NCBI GenBank assembly: GCA_964016885.1
Contig: OZ024742.1
Coordinates: 138,880,001-138,944,000, forward strand
Length of the DNA stretch: 64,000 nt
Source of the DNA: Eledone cirrhosa
Taxonomy: Eukaryota
Reading direction: 5' to 3'
Under the pieces are notes generated by a model. That model worked only from the letters and a program-made list of their open reading frames with translations, had not been told where the DNA came from and searched no databases. This document shows positions 40,888 through 53,700 of the stretch, piece by piece. The first letter of the stretch is position 1; each line of letters opens with the position of its first letter. Both the position numbers and the translations under genes were made by a program.

Positions 40888-43800
40888 ATGGATGTGTTAA
40901 GAGTAGGATGTTTGAATGCACGTGGCCTGGGCTCAACTTGGAAGCAAGCAAAGCTTCTAAATGACCTCAGGTCACGTGGTATAAATGTAATGGTTATCTG
41001 TGAGACTCGGATCAGCGTCGTGCGGCAGCTGGCCCCTACCTTCGATGACTTTGAGGTGCACGCATCTCTCTGTCAACCTGGAGGTGGGGGTGGGGTTGTC
41101 GTACTGCTGGAAAACCACCTGGGTCTCGCCGTACAGGTTGTTCACTCGGACCCGGAAGGTCGTTTGTTGGTGCTAGACGTTGGCAATAGTGGAGGTGCGG
41201 CCTTGAGACTGGTCGCCGTCTACTCCCCTTCCCGAGCTGAACGACCCGACTTCTTCCAGCCTCTGGAGACTTTTCTGGGAACGTCGCGTTCCCTGCTTCT
41301 AGCGGGGGACTGGAATGACATCCTAGATGCACGTTGGGACTATGCAGGAGCATGTCCTAATAGAGGGAGGTGTAAAAGCCTCAAGGGGTTACTCGACCAT
41401 TTTAACTTGGTCGATAGATATCGACTAGATTTTCCAACTGTGCCAACCTGGACTTGGACGAACCATAGTGGTCAATCTAGATCGTACTTAGATAGATTCT
41501 TAGTTAGAAGTAAGGATAGGGACATATTAAGCTGTCCAGAAATGTTCACGGTTGGCTATACAGATCACAAATTAGTGACCTGCGTAGTCAACCTTGAGAG
41601 AACACATAGACACGGTCCCGGTTACTGGAAACTTAATTTGTCTTTACCAGCAAAAGAGGCTTACAGAGACCGAATTAGCAGATTAGTTAAGGAGAGGTTG
41701 ACGGGTGCAATCGTCAACAGCCGATGGTGGGCATTTCTCAAAAGAGAGATTAGAACAGAATCAATAAGTTATAGCAAGATGTTAGCTGACGATAGGAATA
41801 GGAACGAGAAAGAATTAACAGGTAAATTAGAAGAGGCAATCAAGAGCGAAGATGTGGCCAGAGTGCTGGCATCGAGGACGGCCTTGGGCCAGTTTTTCGA
41901 TGCAAAGCATGAAGGCTGCGTCATTCGAAGTAAAATACGTGCTCTAGGTAATGAGGGGGCCAAAGCTGTTGGCTGGGCCCGCGTGACAGAAGCTAAGAGT
42001 GGAAATCGATCCACCATCCGGTCTTTGCAAGACGAGGATGGACGGGTGATCCGGGATCCTAAGCAGATGTGCGAGGCCTTTCAAAGGCACTTTGCCCGAT
42101 TGTTCGGGGGAGGCGGGGGTCCGGGCGGGGACGTGGATTTCGGTCCATACCTCGACGGCCTGCCGCGTCTCTCGAGCGAAGAGGCAGAGTCCTTCGAGGG
42201 ACCAATCTCGGCTGATGAGATCGGGGATGCGCTGAGCCAATGCAGCAGACGCAAATCTCCAGGTCTCGATAGTATACCTTACGAACTTTATTTGGCAATG
42301 CCGGTCTTCTTCTCCGAACTCCTCGAAGCAGTCTACTGCAATTGGCAGCAGAACGGGAGAATTCCTTGTTCTGTAGCCAAGGGCGTAGTCTCGCTGATGA
42401 GGAAGGATGAAAACAAGGGGGATAGTATAAATAATTTTCAGCCCATAACCCTGCTAAACACAGAGTTAAAGATTTTGGCCAAGGTGTTAGCAAAGAGGTT
42501 GGCGCTTGTCGTGGGTAGCCTGGTGGGAGATGCGCAGACATGTGCTATCCCATCCAGGTCCATTCACGTCAGCCTCCACCTCATGCGATACATCATAGAG
42601 AGGGTTGGCAACAAACCCGGTTTCGGTGGGGCCCTGATCAACTTGGATCAGTCTAAGGCGTTCGATAGGGTCGACCATGGTTACCTGGATGCGGTGCTAG
42701 CGGCGGCTGGGTTCGGTCCTGTTTTCAGAGGCTGGATCACTGCCTTACATAGCAACCACATCTGTTCTACGATCAAGGTGAACGGCTACCTTTCGAAGCC
42801 GTTCGAAATCACACGATCCATTCGACAGGGGTGCCCTCTCTCCTCCCTTCTGTACGTATTGACTCTCGAGCCTTTACTGAGGAAGTTGGAGTTGTTGCAG
42901 GGTATCCCCCTGGAACCAGGATTGAGCAAAGCGGTGTCGGCCTACGCCGATGACGTAACAGTAATGGTATCGACCGACTCGGAGATCGAGGCGATCGGCA
43001 CCTTACTGGAGGAATACGAAAGGTTGTCAGGAGCGAAACTGAACCGGGAAAAATCCATCGGGCTGCAACTCGGAACGTGGAGAGGCAGACCGATGCCTCC
43101 CGATGGTGTCGTCGGACACTGGACGGAGAGCCCGGTGAAGTTGCTTGGGGTCTGGTTTGGACCGGACCTCCAGGTGGAAAAGAACTGGGGCGAGGCTACG
43201 AGCAAGGTGTTTGCACTGACCCAGAAATGGGCCAAGTGTAAGCTGTCCCTGAAAGGTCGGGCGGAGGTGGCGAACATTTACATAGCGTCCGTCACCTACT
43301 ACCGCCTGACTGTCGTGCCTTGCCCTAAGGAAACACTCACCACCATGGAACGCATGCTCTTTCAATTTCTTTGGAAAAAGCGCCCTCCTATGGTGAGAAG
43401 ATCCATCTGTTGCTAACAACCTTCGAAAGGAGGGCTGGGGATGCCGTGGTTGATGATGCGTAGGCACGCATTAAGGCTACGGCACCTACAGGTATTCCTC
43501 ACTGGTCAACCGGTGTGGGCTCCGTTCGTGAGACGAGCCTTTCCGAGACTCGTCTTGCTCACCGAGCTGCAGTCCTGGGTCAAGCAAAGATCCGGAAAAC
43601 TGGGCGACTGGCACACTGAGTGTGCCCAGGCGCTCAGGGCTCTCTGGCAAGCGGACCCGGCCATCGGTGGAGAATATCCACCTCGTCATTCTATAGAGGG
43701 CTGGTGGCTAGCAGGGGCGATGACACCCTTGGAGAGTCGCTGGACATGGAAGAGGACGAACTGGCCAGCCTGTTCGGTAGGACTTTCGGCCCGGGACCAA

Positions 43801-44326
43801 TTGACAACTTCCAGAAGTCACTGGCCTGGCAGTGCTACCGGGGGCTCTACCCGTTCGAGAAAAGCTCTACAGACACGGGCGCCCGGGCAGGGATCCCTCG
43901 AAAAAGATTTGCCCTAGATGCGTGCGTCACGAAGAAACCGTTGCGCACGCATTGGTGCAATGTCCGGGCGTGGCTGATCTGTGGGGCTACGCCGAACGAC
44001 TGCTGTCGCGGGTGGCGCCGATTCGATTGACCGCCGAGTCTGTGATGACAATCAAGCCGCCTCCCCTCTTCACAAAGGAAGCAAAGGCGGTTTTTCTGTG
44101 CGTAATAGCCATGCTGAAAGAGGTTGTTTGGTGGACACGATTGAAAGGTCTGAGGTCAGGCGACTTCCTCTCTGGCCATAGTCTGGTCTACTTCTTCCGA
44201 TATCACTTCGGAAGTAGGATAAGAATGGAGAGAGAGGTGCTTGGCCACAGGCAGTTTTATGAAAGGTGGGTGATAGTGGCGAGAATGGCTCGTGTAAATG
44301 GGCCTTCTCTGTATACCATCCTGTAG
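40888..44326 (+). pseudogene. Tx1 ORF2 (APE+RT): 842 aa open, then a premature stop and frameshifts
   Basis: Intact GDWN, YTDH, RQGCPLS and YADD motifs. TAA at 43414-43416 replaces Gln in CCQxP. C-terminal CPRC…H…C lies in another frame. Confidence 0.93.
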
Positions 44327-44541
44327 GTAAAGAAGTGAAGGAGAAGGGAGCACCTTCTCCATGTGCTCCCCGGGCAAAGGATTGCACACTTTTTCGGGGG
44401 GGGTGTGCAACCCCCATCACGTCCCCTCCCTTTTGAGGTTGTTTTTGATTATTTTCATTTTATACCCTTTTTACTCGGTTTTATGTAAACTCCCCCTTTG
44501 TATTTGTCCCTTCTTTTTATGCCTTTATGGTAAATAAAGAA

Positions 44542-44578
<37 letters not shown>

Positions 44579-44579
<1 letters not shown>

Positions 44580-45141
44580 TGTCGCGGGTGGGACCAATCC
44601 AGTTTACCACCGAGTCCATTGTCATGATCAAACCGCCACCCTCCTTCAAAAACGAAGGAGAGGGGTTTTCCTTTGTGTGATAGCTATGGCGAAAGAGGTT
44701 GTATGGTGGACAAGGTTGAAAGGGCTGAGGTCAGACAACTTTCTCTCCGGCCAACAACTGATTCTTTTTTTCAAATACCACTTTGGAAGAAGAATCAGGA
44801 TGGAGAGAGAGGTGCTGTACCCCAGCAAGTTTTATGAAAGGTGGGTGAAAGTGGCGAGAATGGCCCGAGTGAATGGGCCTTCTCTCTATATCAGCCTGTG
44901 GGTTGAGGAAAAGGAGGAGGAGAGGAAAGGAGTACAAGCTCTTCGTACTCCTGGAGATGAGGGTTGCACATTTTTTTTCGGGGGTATGTGTTACCCATAT
45001 AAACTGTCTCCCTCTATTGGGGAAAATCGACTAACTTTTAAATTCCATCTGTGATAACATTTTACACGTTTTTATTGTATGTAAACTTCCCCCTTTGTAT
45101 TTGTCCCCTTCTTTTGTGCCCCTGTGGCTAATAAAGAAATA

Positions 45142-45172
<31 letters not shown>

Positions 45173-45735
45173 TGTCGCGGGTGGGACCAATCCAGTTGAC
45201 CACCGAGTCCATTGTCATGATCAAACCGCCACCCTCCTTCAAAAACGAAGGAGAGGCGGTTTTCCTTTGTGTGATAGCTATGGCGAAAGAGGTTGTATGG
45301 TGGACAAGGTTGAAAGGGCTGAGGTCAGACAACTTTCTCTCCGGCCAACAACTGATTCTTTTTTTCAAATACCACTTTGGAAGAAGAATCAGGATGGAGA
45401 GAGAGGTGCTGTACCCCAGCAAGTTTTATGAAAGGTGGGTGAAAGTGGCGAGAATGGCCCGAGTGAATGGGCCTTCTCTCTATATCAGCCTGTAGGTTGA
45501 GGAAAAGGAGGAGGAGAGGAAAGGAGTACAAGCTCTTCGTACTCCTGGAGATGAGGGTTGCACATTTTTTTTCGGGGGTATGTGTTACCCATATAAACTG
45601 TCTCCCTCTATTGGGGAAAATCGACTAACTTTTTAAATTCCATCTGTGATAACATTTTACACGTTTTTATTCTATGTAAACTTCCCCCTTTGTATTTGTC
45701 CCCTTCTTTTGTGCCCCTGTGGCTAATAAAGAAAT
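44579..45735 (+). mobile_element. Two near-identical tandem Tx1 3' fragments (~593-bp period) separated by (TATC)n
   Basis: 44579-45140 and 45172-45735 share the same 5' truncation point (ttgtcgcgggtgggacc). Confidence 0.92.
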
Positions 45736-45772
45736 ATATCTATCTATCTATCTACCTATATATATATATATA

Positions 45773-45815
45773 TCCTGATGATTTCCTTCGAATGAAACAG
45801 TTCTAGCCCTGTAGA
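45773..45815 (+). ncRNA. Hammerhead-like motif, helix I truncated by (TA)n
   Basis: TC-CTGATGA-tTTCcttcGAAt-GAAA-CAG ttctagcc CTG-TA-GA. Confidence 0.55.
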
Positions 45816-45941
45816 AGCCATTTCTATATTAAGAAATGTATATTCTGTATTGAGTACCTTATTTACTGTGGTTACCCCGGATTGAACTCGGGATATATTT
45901 ATATATATATATATAAAAACAATGAACTGTCTTCAGAAATA

Positions 45942-46073
45942 ATTATTTCTGAAGACAGCATGTATATGTGTAGGTATGTATATTCCCTCTGATAGTTTGT
46001 AAAATTTTTACATAGATCTATATGATATACATACCAACACACATATATATCCTAGAAACGATCGTAAAATGAT
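45942..46073 (+). ncRNA. Hammerhead motif with ~100-nt helix II
   Basis: ATTATTT-CTGAAGA-[atgtatatgtgtaggtatgtatat…atatacataccaacacacatatatat]-GAAA-CGATCG-TA-AAATGAT. Confidence 0.65.
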
Positions 46074-46284
46074 GAATTTTTTTAATATAAGGAACTGTTT
46101 CTTTGTTTTTATTCATTGTTTTTATTAATTTATCTTGACTCTGTTCTCCTGTGATTTTCATCGAAAGAATTTTTGAATACATCTTCTCTTTTCATGATAT
46201 TTGGATTACATTGAGTTCTTCATACGGATTGGACACTACCGTATGTTTTGGTAGATTTATCTACATATATATATATATATATAT

Positions 46285-46421
46285 AACGAAGGAAATGTGG
46301 TAAGGAACCAGGTGGACCATAACGCACCAAAGTACTCAATACTTAGTATTGAGTACTTTGTATTGAGTCCAGAATTAGCCGTCGAAACGGCTTGAGCTCA
46401 GCCGTCGGGGTCTTACTGGTT

Positions 46422-46425
<4 letters not shown>
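46285..46425. mobile_element. Rearranged PLE-like end with fold-back and 3'-half hammerhead, within (TA)n
   Basis: caaagtactcaatact-t-agtattgagtactttg fold-back, and GAAA-CGGC-ttgagctca-GCCG-TC-gggg. Confidence 0.65.
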
Positions 46426-46481
<56 letters not shown>

Positions 46482-46599
46482 TGTGTGTGTGTGTATGTGT
46501 GTGTGTATGTGTGTATGGGAGGGAGGGGTGTCTGTTTCAGTCCATCTGGCTATCTGTCAGTCTGTTTTTCTGTCTATCTACATAACTAACTCTCTCTCG

Positions 46600-46630
<31 letters not shown>

Positions 46631-46782
46631 CGTATGTGTGTATGTGTGTATGTATGTATGTATGTATGTATGTATGTATGTATGTATATATCTGTCAATC
46701 TATCTATCTTTCTATTTCTCTCCCCCATTGCTTCCTTCATTTTTCACCTGATATCAAAGAGTTATTTATTTATGTATGTGCG

Positions 46783-46833
<51 letters not shown>

Positions 46834-46891
46834 TCATGAAGTGTGTGTATATATATATATATATATATAGTGTATATATATATATATATAT

Positions 46892-47072
46892 ATAGGAACC
46901 AGTAAGACCCCGACGGCTGAGCTCAAGCCGTTTCGACGGCTAATTAGCCGTCGAAACGGCTTGAGCTCAGCCGTCGGGGTCTTACTGGTTCCTATTACCC
47001 ACTCTACTACCCTAAGTATTGAGTACTTTGGTGCGTTATGGTCCACCTGGTTCCTTACCACATTTCCTTCGT

Positions 47073-47073
<1 letters not shown>
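46892..47073. mobile_element. PLE-like end starting with a perfect 104-bp palindrome (46892-46995), within (TA)n
   Basis: Palindrome centred on gacggctaattagccgtc. Same family as 46285, 51918, 52038, 54995 and 56365. Confidence 0.75.
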
Positions 47074-47108
<35 letters not shown>

Positions 47109-47142
47109 GTGTATATATATATATATGTGTATATATATAGTG

Positions 47143-47174
<32 letters not shown>

Positions 47175-47189
47175 GTGTGTATATATATA

Positions 47190-47239
<50 letters not shown>

Positions 47240-47261
47240 TTTATATATGTATATATATATA

Positions 47262-47299
<38 letters not shown>

Positions 47300-47626
47300 G
47301 AATAAATAAACAGAGAACAAAAAACAGAGAGGCAGTACAAATGATATGGTTTTTAGTTTCACGCTTCAATTTACCTCCGACTGTGTTCGCCATTCAGGGA
47401 AGAAATAACCGCAGTGGGAGGTTGATGATCTACCGATCTACAGATTTACCGAACAGCATGCTATGTCTGCTATTCTCTTCTCGTAGAATTCATTTCACTT
47501 CTACTGATTGATAGATTCCCACCTAGCTAACATATGGTTTACACACTAATACTATTATTATATTGACTATATACATAACAACAAAGAGCGGTGTGTATAT
47601 TCAGAACGTGCGACTAAAACATCGTT

Positions 47627-47667
<41 letters not shown>

Positions 47668-47711
47668 CAAAAAAAAAAGAGAATCAGTGTTGCGACGAAT
47701 GGAATTTATTG

Positions 47712-47807
47712 GACATATTACAATCGTTTCTCTGGTGACCAGCTCGAGGCACGTTCGGTGTGATGATCGAACCTGACTCTGAAAATCGCCAGGTCCTCAG
47801 ATACGTC
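47712..47807 (-). ncRNA. Hammerhead motif with long helix II
   Basis: Minus strand: GACGTAT-CTGAGGA-cCTGGcga…tcaCCAGa-GAAA-CGATTG-TA-ATATGTC-cAATAAA, inside a ~270-bp insert between (TA)n runs. Confidence 0.75.
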
Positions 47808-47932
47808 TTGATTCTACGAAGCAGATTTTCCTAATGACTTTTTTTTTTTTTTGTGATATCATACTCTGCTCTATGAGAGCATCGAGTGCTCAAACAGCCT
47901 ACCGCAGACGAACGCTTTAAGCATCCAACACC

Positions 47933-48001
<69 letters not shown>

Positions 48002-48741
48002 ATCAACATCTTATACATAAGCATTATGTGACATATGACGTTTGTTTACAAAACAAAGTTAAAGTTTGTTTATATATAATGTGTTCACCTTTACCTGGGT
48101 AAGCCACCCTGCTCATAACAGATATTTTTTTTTATTAATATAAGATGTAGTTGCTTCTCTACTTGGTCGCTCCGCCTGTTAGAAATAGCAGCCAAATCTT
48201 CCTCAAGTCACACCTGACTGTCTTAAAAAGAAAAAAGGAATGAAACATGGGATAATTTTGTCACTGATACATTATTTCTGAATAAAAGACGTGATAGTCA
48301 CGGCTGGAATACTTGATTATAGATTTGTATATTTTACCAGAATCGCCATCATCATAATTATTAATTATTACCTCTCTCTCTGTCCTCAGATGAGAGATAT
48401 GACTGCGGTTAACTGAGTATAACCTGTCCAGTAGCTTATCTCCTACTGCACACTAGCGCTCATGAAATTACCATTTCTGTTAATGCATAGGATGTATACT
48501 GTTTTTTAAGCAACATACTGCATCGATTTTCTATAAAGCAAGATTATTAACATCCTCTATTTAATTAACCCTATTACAACACGATAGTGTCTCACATGTA
48601 AAGCCTATATAATCATAAATTCCCGTACGGAAACGTCATAATACCACATATTTCAAGCTTTTATATCAATATATTTTTCATCGTAAAATAATCTCACAGA
48701 AAACAAATATACTCAACTATTCTACTCCAGCAACGAATGCC

Positions 48742-49332
48742 ATGCTTTCTGATTCGGCCAGTAGTTTTATATTTACTAGTATTACTGTTACAAATATTAT
48801 TATTATCAACACACTTATTCCAATTCTATTTATTGGTTTGTTCACTGAATCTATGATGGTGTGCGGTGTTTCATTAACAGATCTACAGCACGACCGCTGT
48901 CTCTGTTTAAATGAAATCCACGCTGGTAAACTAAGGAAACCTATAGCATTTATATCAATCGATAGAGAATCGTTTCTGGTTGCAGAACAGAATGGTAGGA
49001 TATACCATTACATGTATAGAAGCATGAATACAACTAGACAGTCTGACGAATTACCGCGTCTGTTAGCAACGAAGAAGAAAATATTAGATTTATCAAATAG
49101 AATCGCTTACAACAATGAACGTCCGACTGACGAACGTGGTTTGATGTCTGTGACAATCCAGCCGCAGTTTAAAAGCAATAAAAAACTTTATGTTTATTAC
49201 ATCGCAGCGGGACATGAATCGGCTGTAATTAGTCAGTTCCATTTCCTGGACAACCAGCTAGAAAATGTGAGTTCCGAAGAAATAATTTTATTGCTACCCC
49301 GCCAGAGACCAAGTCAGGAAAACGGTGGACAG
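48742..49332 (+). CDS. HHIP-like protein (GSDH-type beta-propeller), first identified coding exon
   Basis: LCLNEIHAGKLRKP…FLVAEQNG…DERGLMSVTIQPQFKSNKKLYVYY…ENGGQ, donor CAG|gtaaga (phase 0). The start is uncertain because there is an alternative acceptor at 48880. Confidence 0.85.
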
Positions 49333-49394
49333 GTAAGAAATACAAAAAGAAAATATTTCTCTAATTTATATTTTATTATTATTTTAATGAGCTA

Positions 49395-49800
49395 TTAGCA
49401 GAGCATCGGACTATATGCTTTGCGGCATAAAGTTACGATGAGTTCAAACCCCGCGGGTGTTAACATTGCCTTTTATCCTTACGGGATCGATAAAATAAAG
49501 TACCAGTAACTCACTGTGGTCAATTTATACAACTTTCTCCTTCCCTGCACGTTACTGTCCTTGTGCCAAAAGTAAAAACAATATTACTTTAATGACTTGG
49601 GAAGTGGATTGACAGAATAGTTAGAGCGTCGGACAAAATTCGTCACGGCATTTGTTCTGGCTACCGACACTATGAGTTTATATCTCGCTGAGGCCGACTA
49701 TGCTTTTCATCTTCCTGGCGTCGATAAAATAAAGTACTGGGGTCGATGCCACCGATTTTTCCCTCCCACAACATTTTTGAGTCTTTGCTAGAAAGAATTA
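49395..49800 (+). mobile_element. Two diverged SINEs in HHIPL intron 1
   Basis: The SINE core …cgataaaataaagtac occurs twice. Confidence 0.75.
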
Positions 49801-50149
49801 TTTCTATAAGGATTTTTTTGAAACGGTTTACATCCGCAATATCTTTGTTGTCTGAGATTATAATTTAAAAAAAAAAGGATGAAATAATTACTTTTATCAG
49901 GTTTTTAATAGAGTACATTTAAACTGGTGATTAATATACGTTATTATCATGAATAAGCCACAAGCGAATCCAGTGATCGATTCGTCTGCGTGGCAACAGT
50001 GCTTGACCCCAAGGATCCATGTGTTAGGAACAGTACAGGGACAAGATACAATATAGATGAGTGTGTTACATCGAATAAAAAGAGAGAGCAACTAAAATGG
50101 ACCCCTAAAAGGTGTGGGTATTACCTGATGACAATCAACGAACTCCACA

Positions 50150-51380
50150 GATCCAAAATTATTCTAAAGACCAAGATCTCTCTTCCAGCTGTATTCCCTC
50201 ACCTACTGGCGCTTGCTGAGTAAAGGGCTATTTATTAGGGTCATGCTTAGCACTCTAACCCACCTTTCAACAATTTTACTGGAAGGGAGCACCGCATGAC
50301 TCCACCCTACGCCTACCTTCCCCACCATTTCCACCTTCACCTTTACCTCCACACTCACATTACTTTCTATCCCCGCCTTCTTCTTCATCTACAACTCCAC
50401 CCTCTCCTTTCTCACTACCTCCATTTTTCTTTCCAACTGAAACTTTAAAAAATCGGTGACAGTTTGAGTAAACAGAACAGTGTCTGTTATGTGTCGCTTC
50501 CGTTGTGTCCGCTATACAACATTTATCAACATAGCCGACAGACAGAAGAAAACGTACCCGCATTCGCTGGTCAAATGACGATGGTGCGGGGATATTCACG
50601 GTGGACTTGGTCGATAGCACGATTCATGCTGCAGACGACAACAACTGTTTGATAAATCTCCACACATTAGCAGTGGATGGATACTGAACATGTGCGTATA
50701 GGGGGTTTCGTCATATAACGCACATCTCTGATAGAACTGGCTGATGGTCCTTTCGTACCTTTAGAATTCATTTCGAATCGACAATATACCAACATTAGTA
50801 AAGTCAGGTAATGAATTTTTGTAAGATATTCGATATTTTCGGGTTAAAGGTCATCAAGAACAGACCAACTAGTTGATTCTCGTCGACTTTCAGATCTTTC
50901 CCGGGGATATATACACTCTTACCCAATACTAGTTCTATACAGAAAGATAACGTAGGAATTCTACCAACCAATTAATATAGACATTTTGGTACCATACAAT
51001 ATTCCATGTGTATTGGTTTTCACTTGACCCAGGAATGCTGTTCCGTCAAAGAGATGAGCTATGGGAAATGTGCCTGAGAAATGGCGACCAGATTTGCTGA
51101 TTGTTGAGGCCCCTTAGAAGATGTCACATCATCAGCCACTGCATACCATTTGAGGATAAGATACAAGATGTAACACCTAACAAATGGAATGTGTTACTTC
51201 TACAAGAAGCAAAGAAGCAGACGCTCCGGTTTGGTCTGAAGAAAACAGAACAATCACAAGAGTCAGGCCATAATATAAGACAGAGAAGAGGAACGTATTC
51301 ACCACCACTGCCTGACATTTCAGAGATAGATTCTTCTTAGCTGTGAATGATACTGACAACTCTGCTCGTAACCTCATTCT
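50150..51380 (-). mobile_element. Old, degraded Tx1 ORF2 3' region
   Basis: SSKIVERWVRV… and remnants collinear with the C-terminus of copies 1-3. Confidence 0.6.
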
Positions 51381-52037
51381 AGTTTCTATAGGCTCAAACC
51401 AGACCTTAATAACATAAGCAGTCCATCAGTTCAGAGCCCAATGCTGGTTGGTGACATCCGCCTAACCGCTCTAAGTGCCGGAATGTGAGTCTACTGACTT
51501 GTCCGAGTTGAATTGAGCTCATATTACTACCTCAAGCATGGTGTTGGTCATCTCAAACTCCATGGTAACTGAAAGCCACTACAGTAACGTTGTTTACATA
51601 TGCCAACATGGCACTCCGGCCAGGGCCAGAATTTCACCTGTTGAGGGCCTATGTTGGCCTTTCTCTGAAAAAATATAATTATTATTTTTCGAATTATTTT
51701 TTATATGTTAATGATAAAGAATATATATATATAAGTATGTATACGTACATACATATATGTATACAGACGTACAGTAGTATGTATATATATATATACATAC
51801 TACTGTACGTCTGTATACATATATGTATGTACGTATACACACTTATATTTAAGTAACAGCCCTACTAAGAGTGAGAAATGAAATTTCGTTTCATTTTTTC
51901 CAATATATATATATATATTAGCTGTCGAAACGGCAAGAGCTCAACTGTCGGGCCCTGACTCGCTCTAATATATATATACGCACACACACACGCACTCACA
52001 CGGCTCCCCCCCCCCCCATATATATATATATATATAT

Positions 52038-52832
52038 AACAACAAAGAGGGTGTAGTAAGATACCAGGTGGACCATAAGGCACCAGAGTACTAAAAAGTT
52101 AGGGTAGTAGAGTGGGTAATAGAAAAAGAGTCAGGACCCCTAGCTTTCGAAGCAGCCGGAGTTCATATATAGTGAAAACTGGAACGGGAACAAAAACAGA
52201 GAGGCAGTCCAAACAATGGTTTATTAGTTTCATGCTCTTGAGAGTGGGGGGACGTTTCGGGCATAAGCCCTTCTTCAGAAGAAAAGTGAGTGGGAAGAGA
52301 GTTCCGAGGGTGTGTGGGGGAGTGGGGGAGAGACATTTAGAAAAAAGCGGGGAGAGAAAAGGGAAGAAAAACGGTGCAAGAGGTACAAATAAAAATAAAC
52401 ATAAAGATAAACAAGTGGTGGAAGGTTGTGGGGCGTGTAAGGGTGGTGGCGGGTGGAGTAGGGAGAGAGAGGCGGGGGGTCCGAGCGGGAAAGGCTGAAG
52501 GTGGTGTTTGTGTATGTGTGTAGGTGTACGTGTGTGTGTTTGTGTGTGAATGTGAGAGTTGGGGGAAGAACGAGGTTCCATGTTCAGGAAAAGGTGTGTA
52601 TGGGGGGTGGAGTGTAGGTCGGTGTGTGCGTGCGTGTGGATAGGGAGGGGTCAGAGCGGAGAGAGGGGGGATTCCGGAGGCTGAGTGTGTATATGTGGGG
52701 GTACGCACGTGTGTGTTGGTGTTTATACGTGGTGTGGATGTAGGTGGTGTGGTTCGAAAAAAAATTGTGAGTGTATGTCCGTGGGTAAGTTCCTAAGGTA
52801 GTTCCGAGGAGTGTGCGATGAGATGCCGGATA
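52038..52832 (-). mobile_element. PLE-like 3' fragment between (TA)n tracts
   Basis: Terminus shared with 46285, 47000 and 56365 (ccaggtggaccataa.gcacca.agtact). Contains an HHR core. Confidence 0.55.
52251..52278 (-). ncRNA. Minimal hammerhead core (helix I not formed)
   Basis: CTGAAGA-a-GGGC ttat GCCC-GAAA-CG-TC. The flanks do not pair. Confidence 0.5.
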
Positions 52833-52868
52833 TATATATATATATATACATTTAGCAATAAATCATCA

Positions 52869-52926
<58 letters not shown>

Positions 52927-53089
52927 TGATGATTTATTACTAAAGAATAAAATCTAATGATAAAATAAAAATATATTTTGAAAAATTAAGCCCTCGAGGG
53001 TGTGTGACCCTAAGCTATATCATATTCAGCTTATAGATAAGTCCAGCACTCACTCAAGCGTCCCAAGACTGTTGAGATGACCTGCACAA

Positions 53090-53700
53090 TAAGAAATTAA
53101 ATGACACTCTTCGGGAATAAATCATGTGAATGGAACCGACAACAGCCTTTGCCCAACTTTTGACCATACGCACGAAGAATCTTATTGCCACTAAGCAGGT
53201 GACACTGTATCGTAAAATAACCTAACCCCTGAAAACGAGACGGCAACTGGCCGCAATGATAATAGTTGCCAAGTAACCATAGTTGACCGATTGGAAATTT
53301 TCGATTCATCTAAATTAATCATAAATTTATCAAAGACAGGTTTGTTTCCTACCTTCTCTACAATGTATCGCATGTGACGGAAGTTGTCGGGGAAATATCT
53401 GCCTGGTATCGCACAGATTTGTACTTTCCAGACTACACAACTGTCAATCTCTTTGTTAACATCTTGGCCAAAATCTTAAACTTTTCATTTAACAATGGTG
53501 GACTGAAAATTATCAATAATATTTCTCCTTCCTACGTATCGCTAACACTCTCCAGCTTGCATGACTAATGATTCTCCTGTTGTGTCACAAGTTGCGTAGA
53601 GACGATGAACAAGTCTGTTATGTATACTTTGTAGGACAGACCATCCAAACCTCGTACAACCACTTAACTGCTGACAGTATGAAATATCCCATGTGCTGTT
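53090..53700 (-). mobile_element. Old, degraded Tx1 RT fragment
   Basis: MRYIVEKVGNKPVFDKFMINLDESK and FKILAKML resemble the RT of copies 1-3. Confidence 0.7.

Larger units (their letters stand above)
39950..44543 (+). mobile_element. L1/Tx1-clade LINE copy 3, between (TATC)n tracts
   Basis: Short ORF1 remnant, ORF2, and a 3'UTR ending ggtaaataaagaaat followed by (CTAT)n. Confidence 0.93.

Noticed and set aside
46392-47362. YI-repeat ORFs
   Set aside because: Translations of (TA)n and (TG)n microsatellites.
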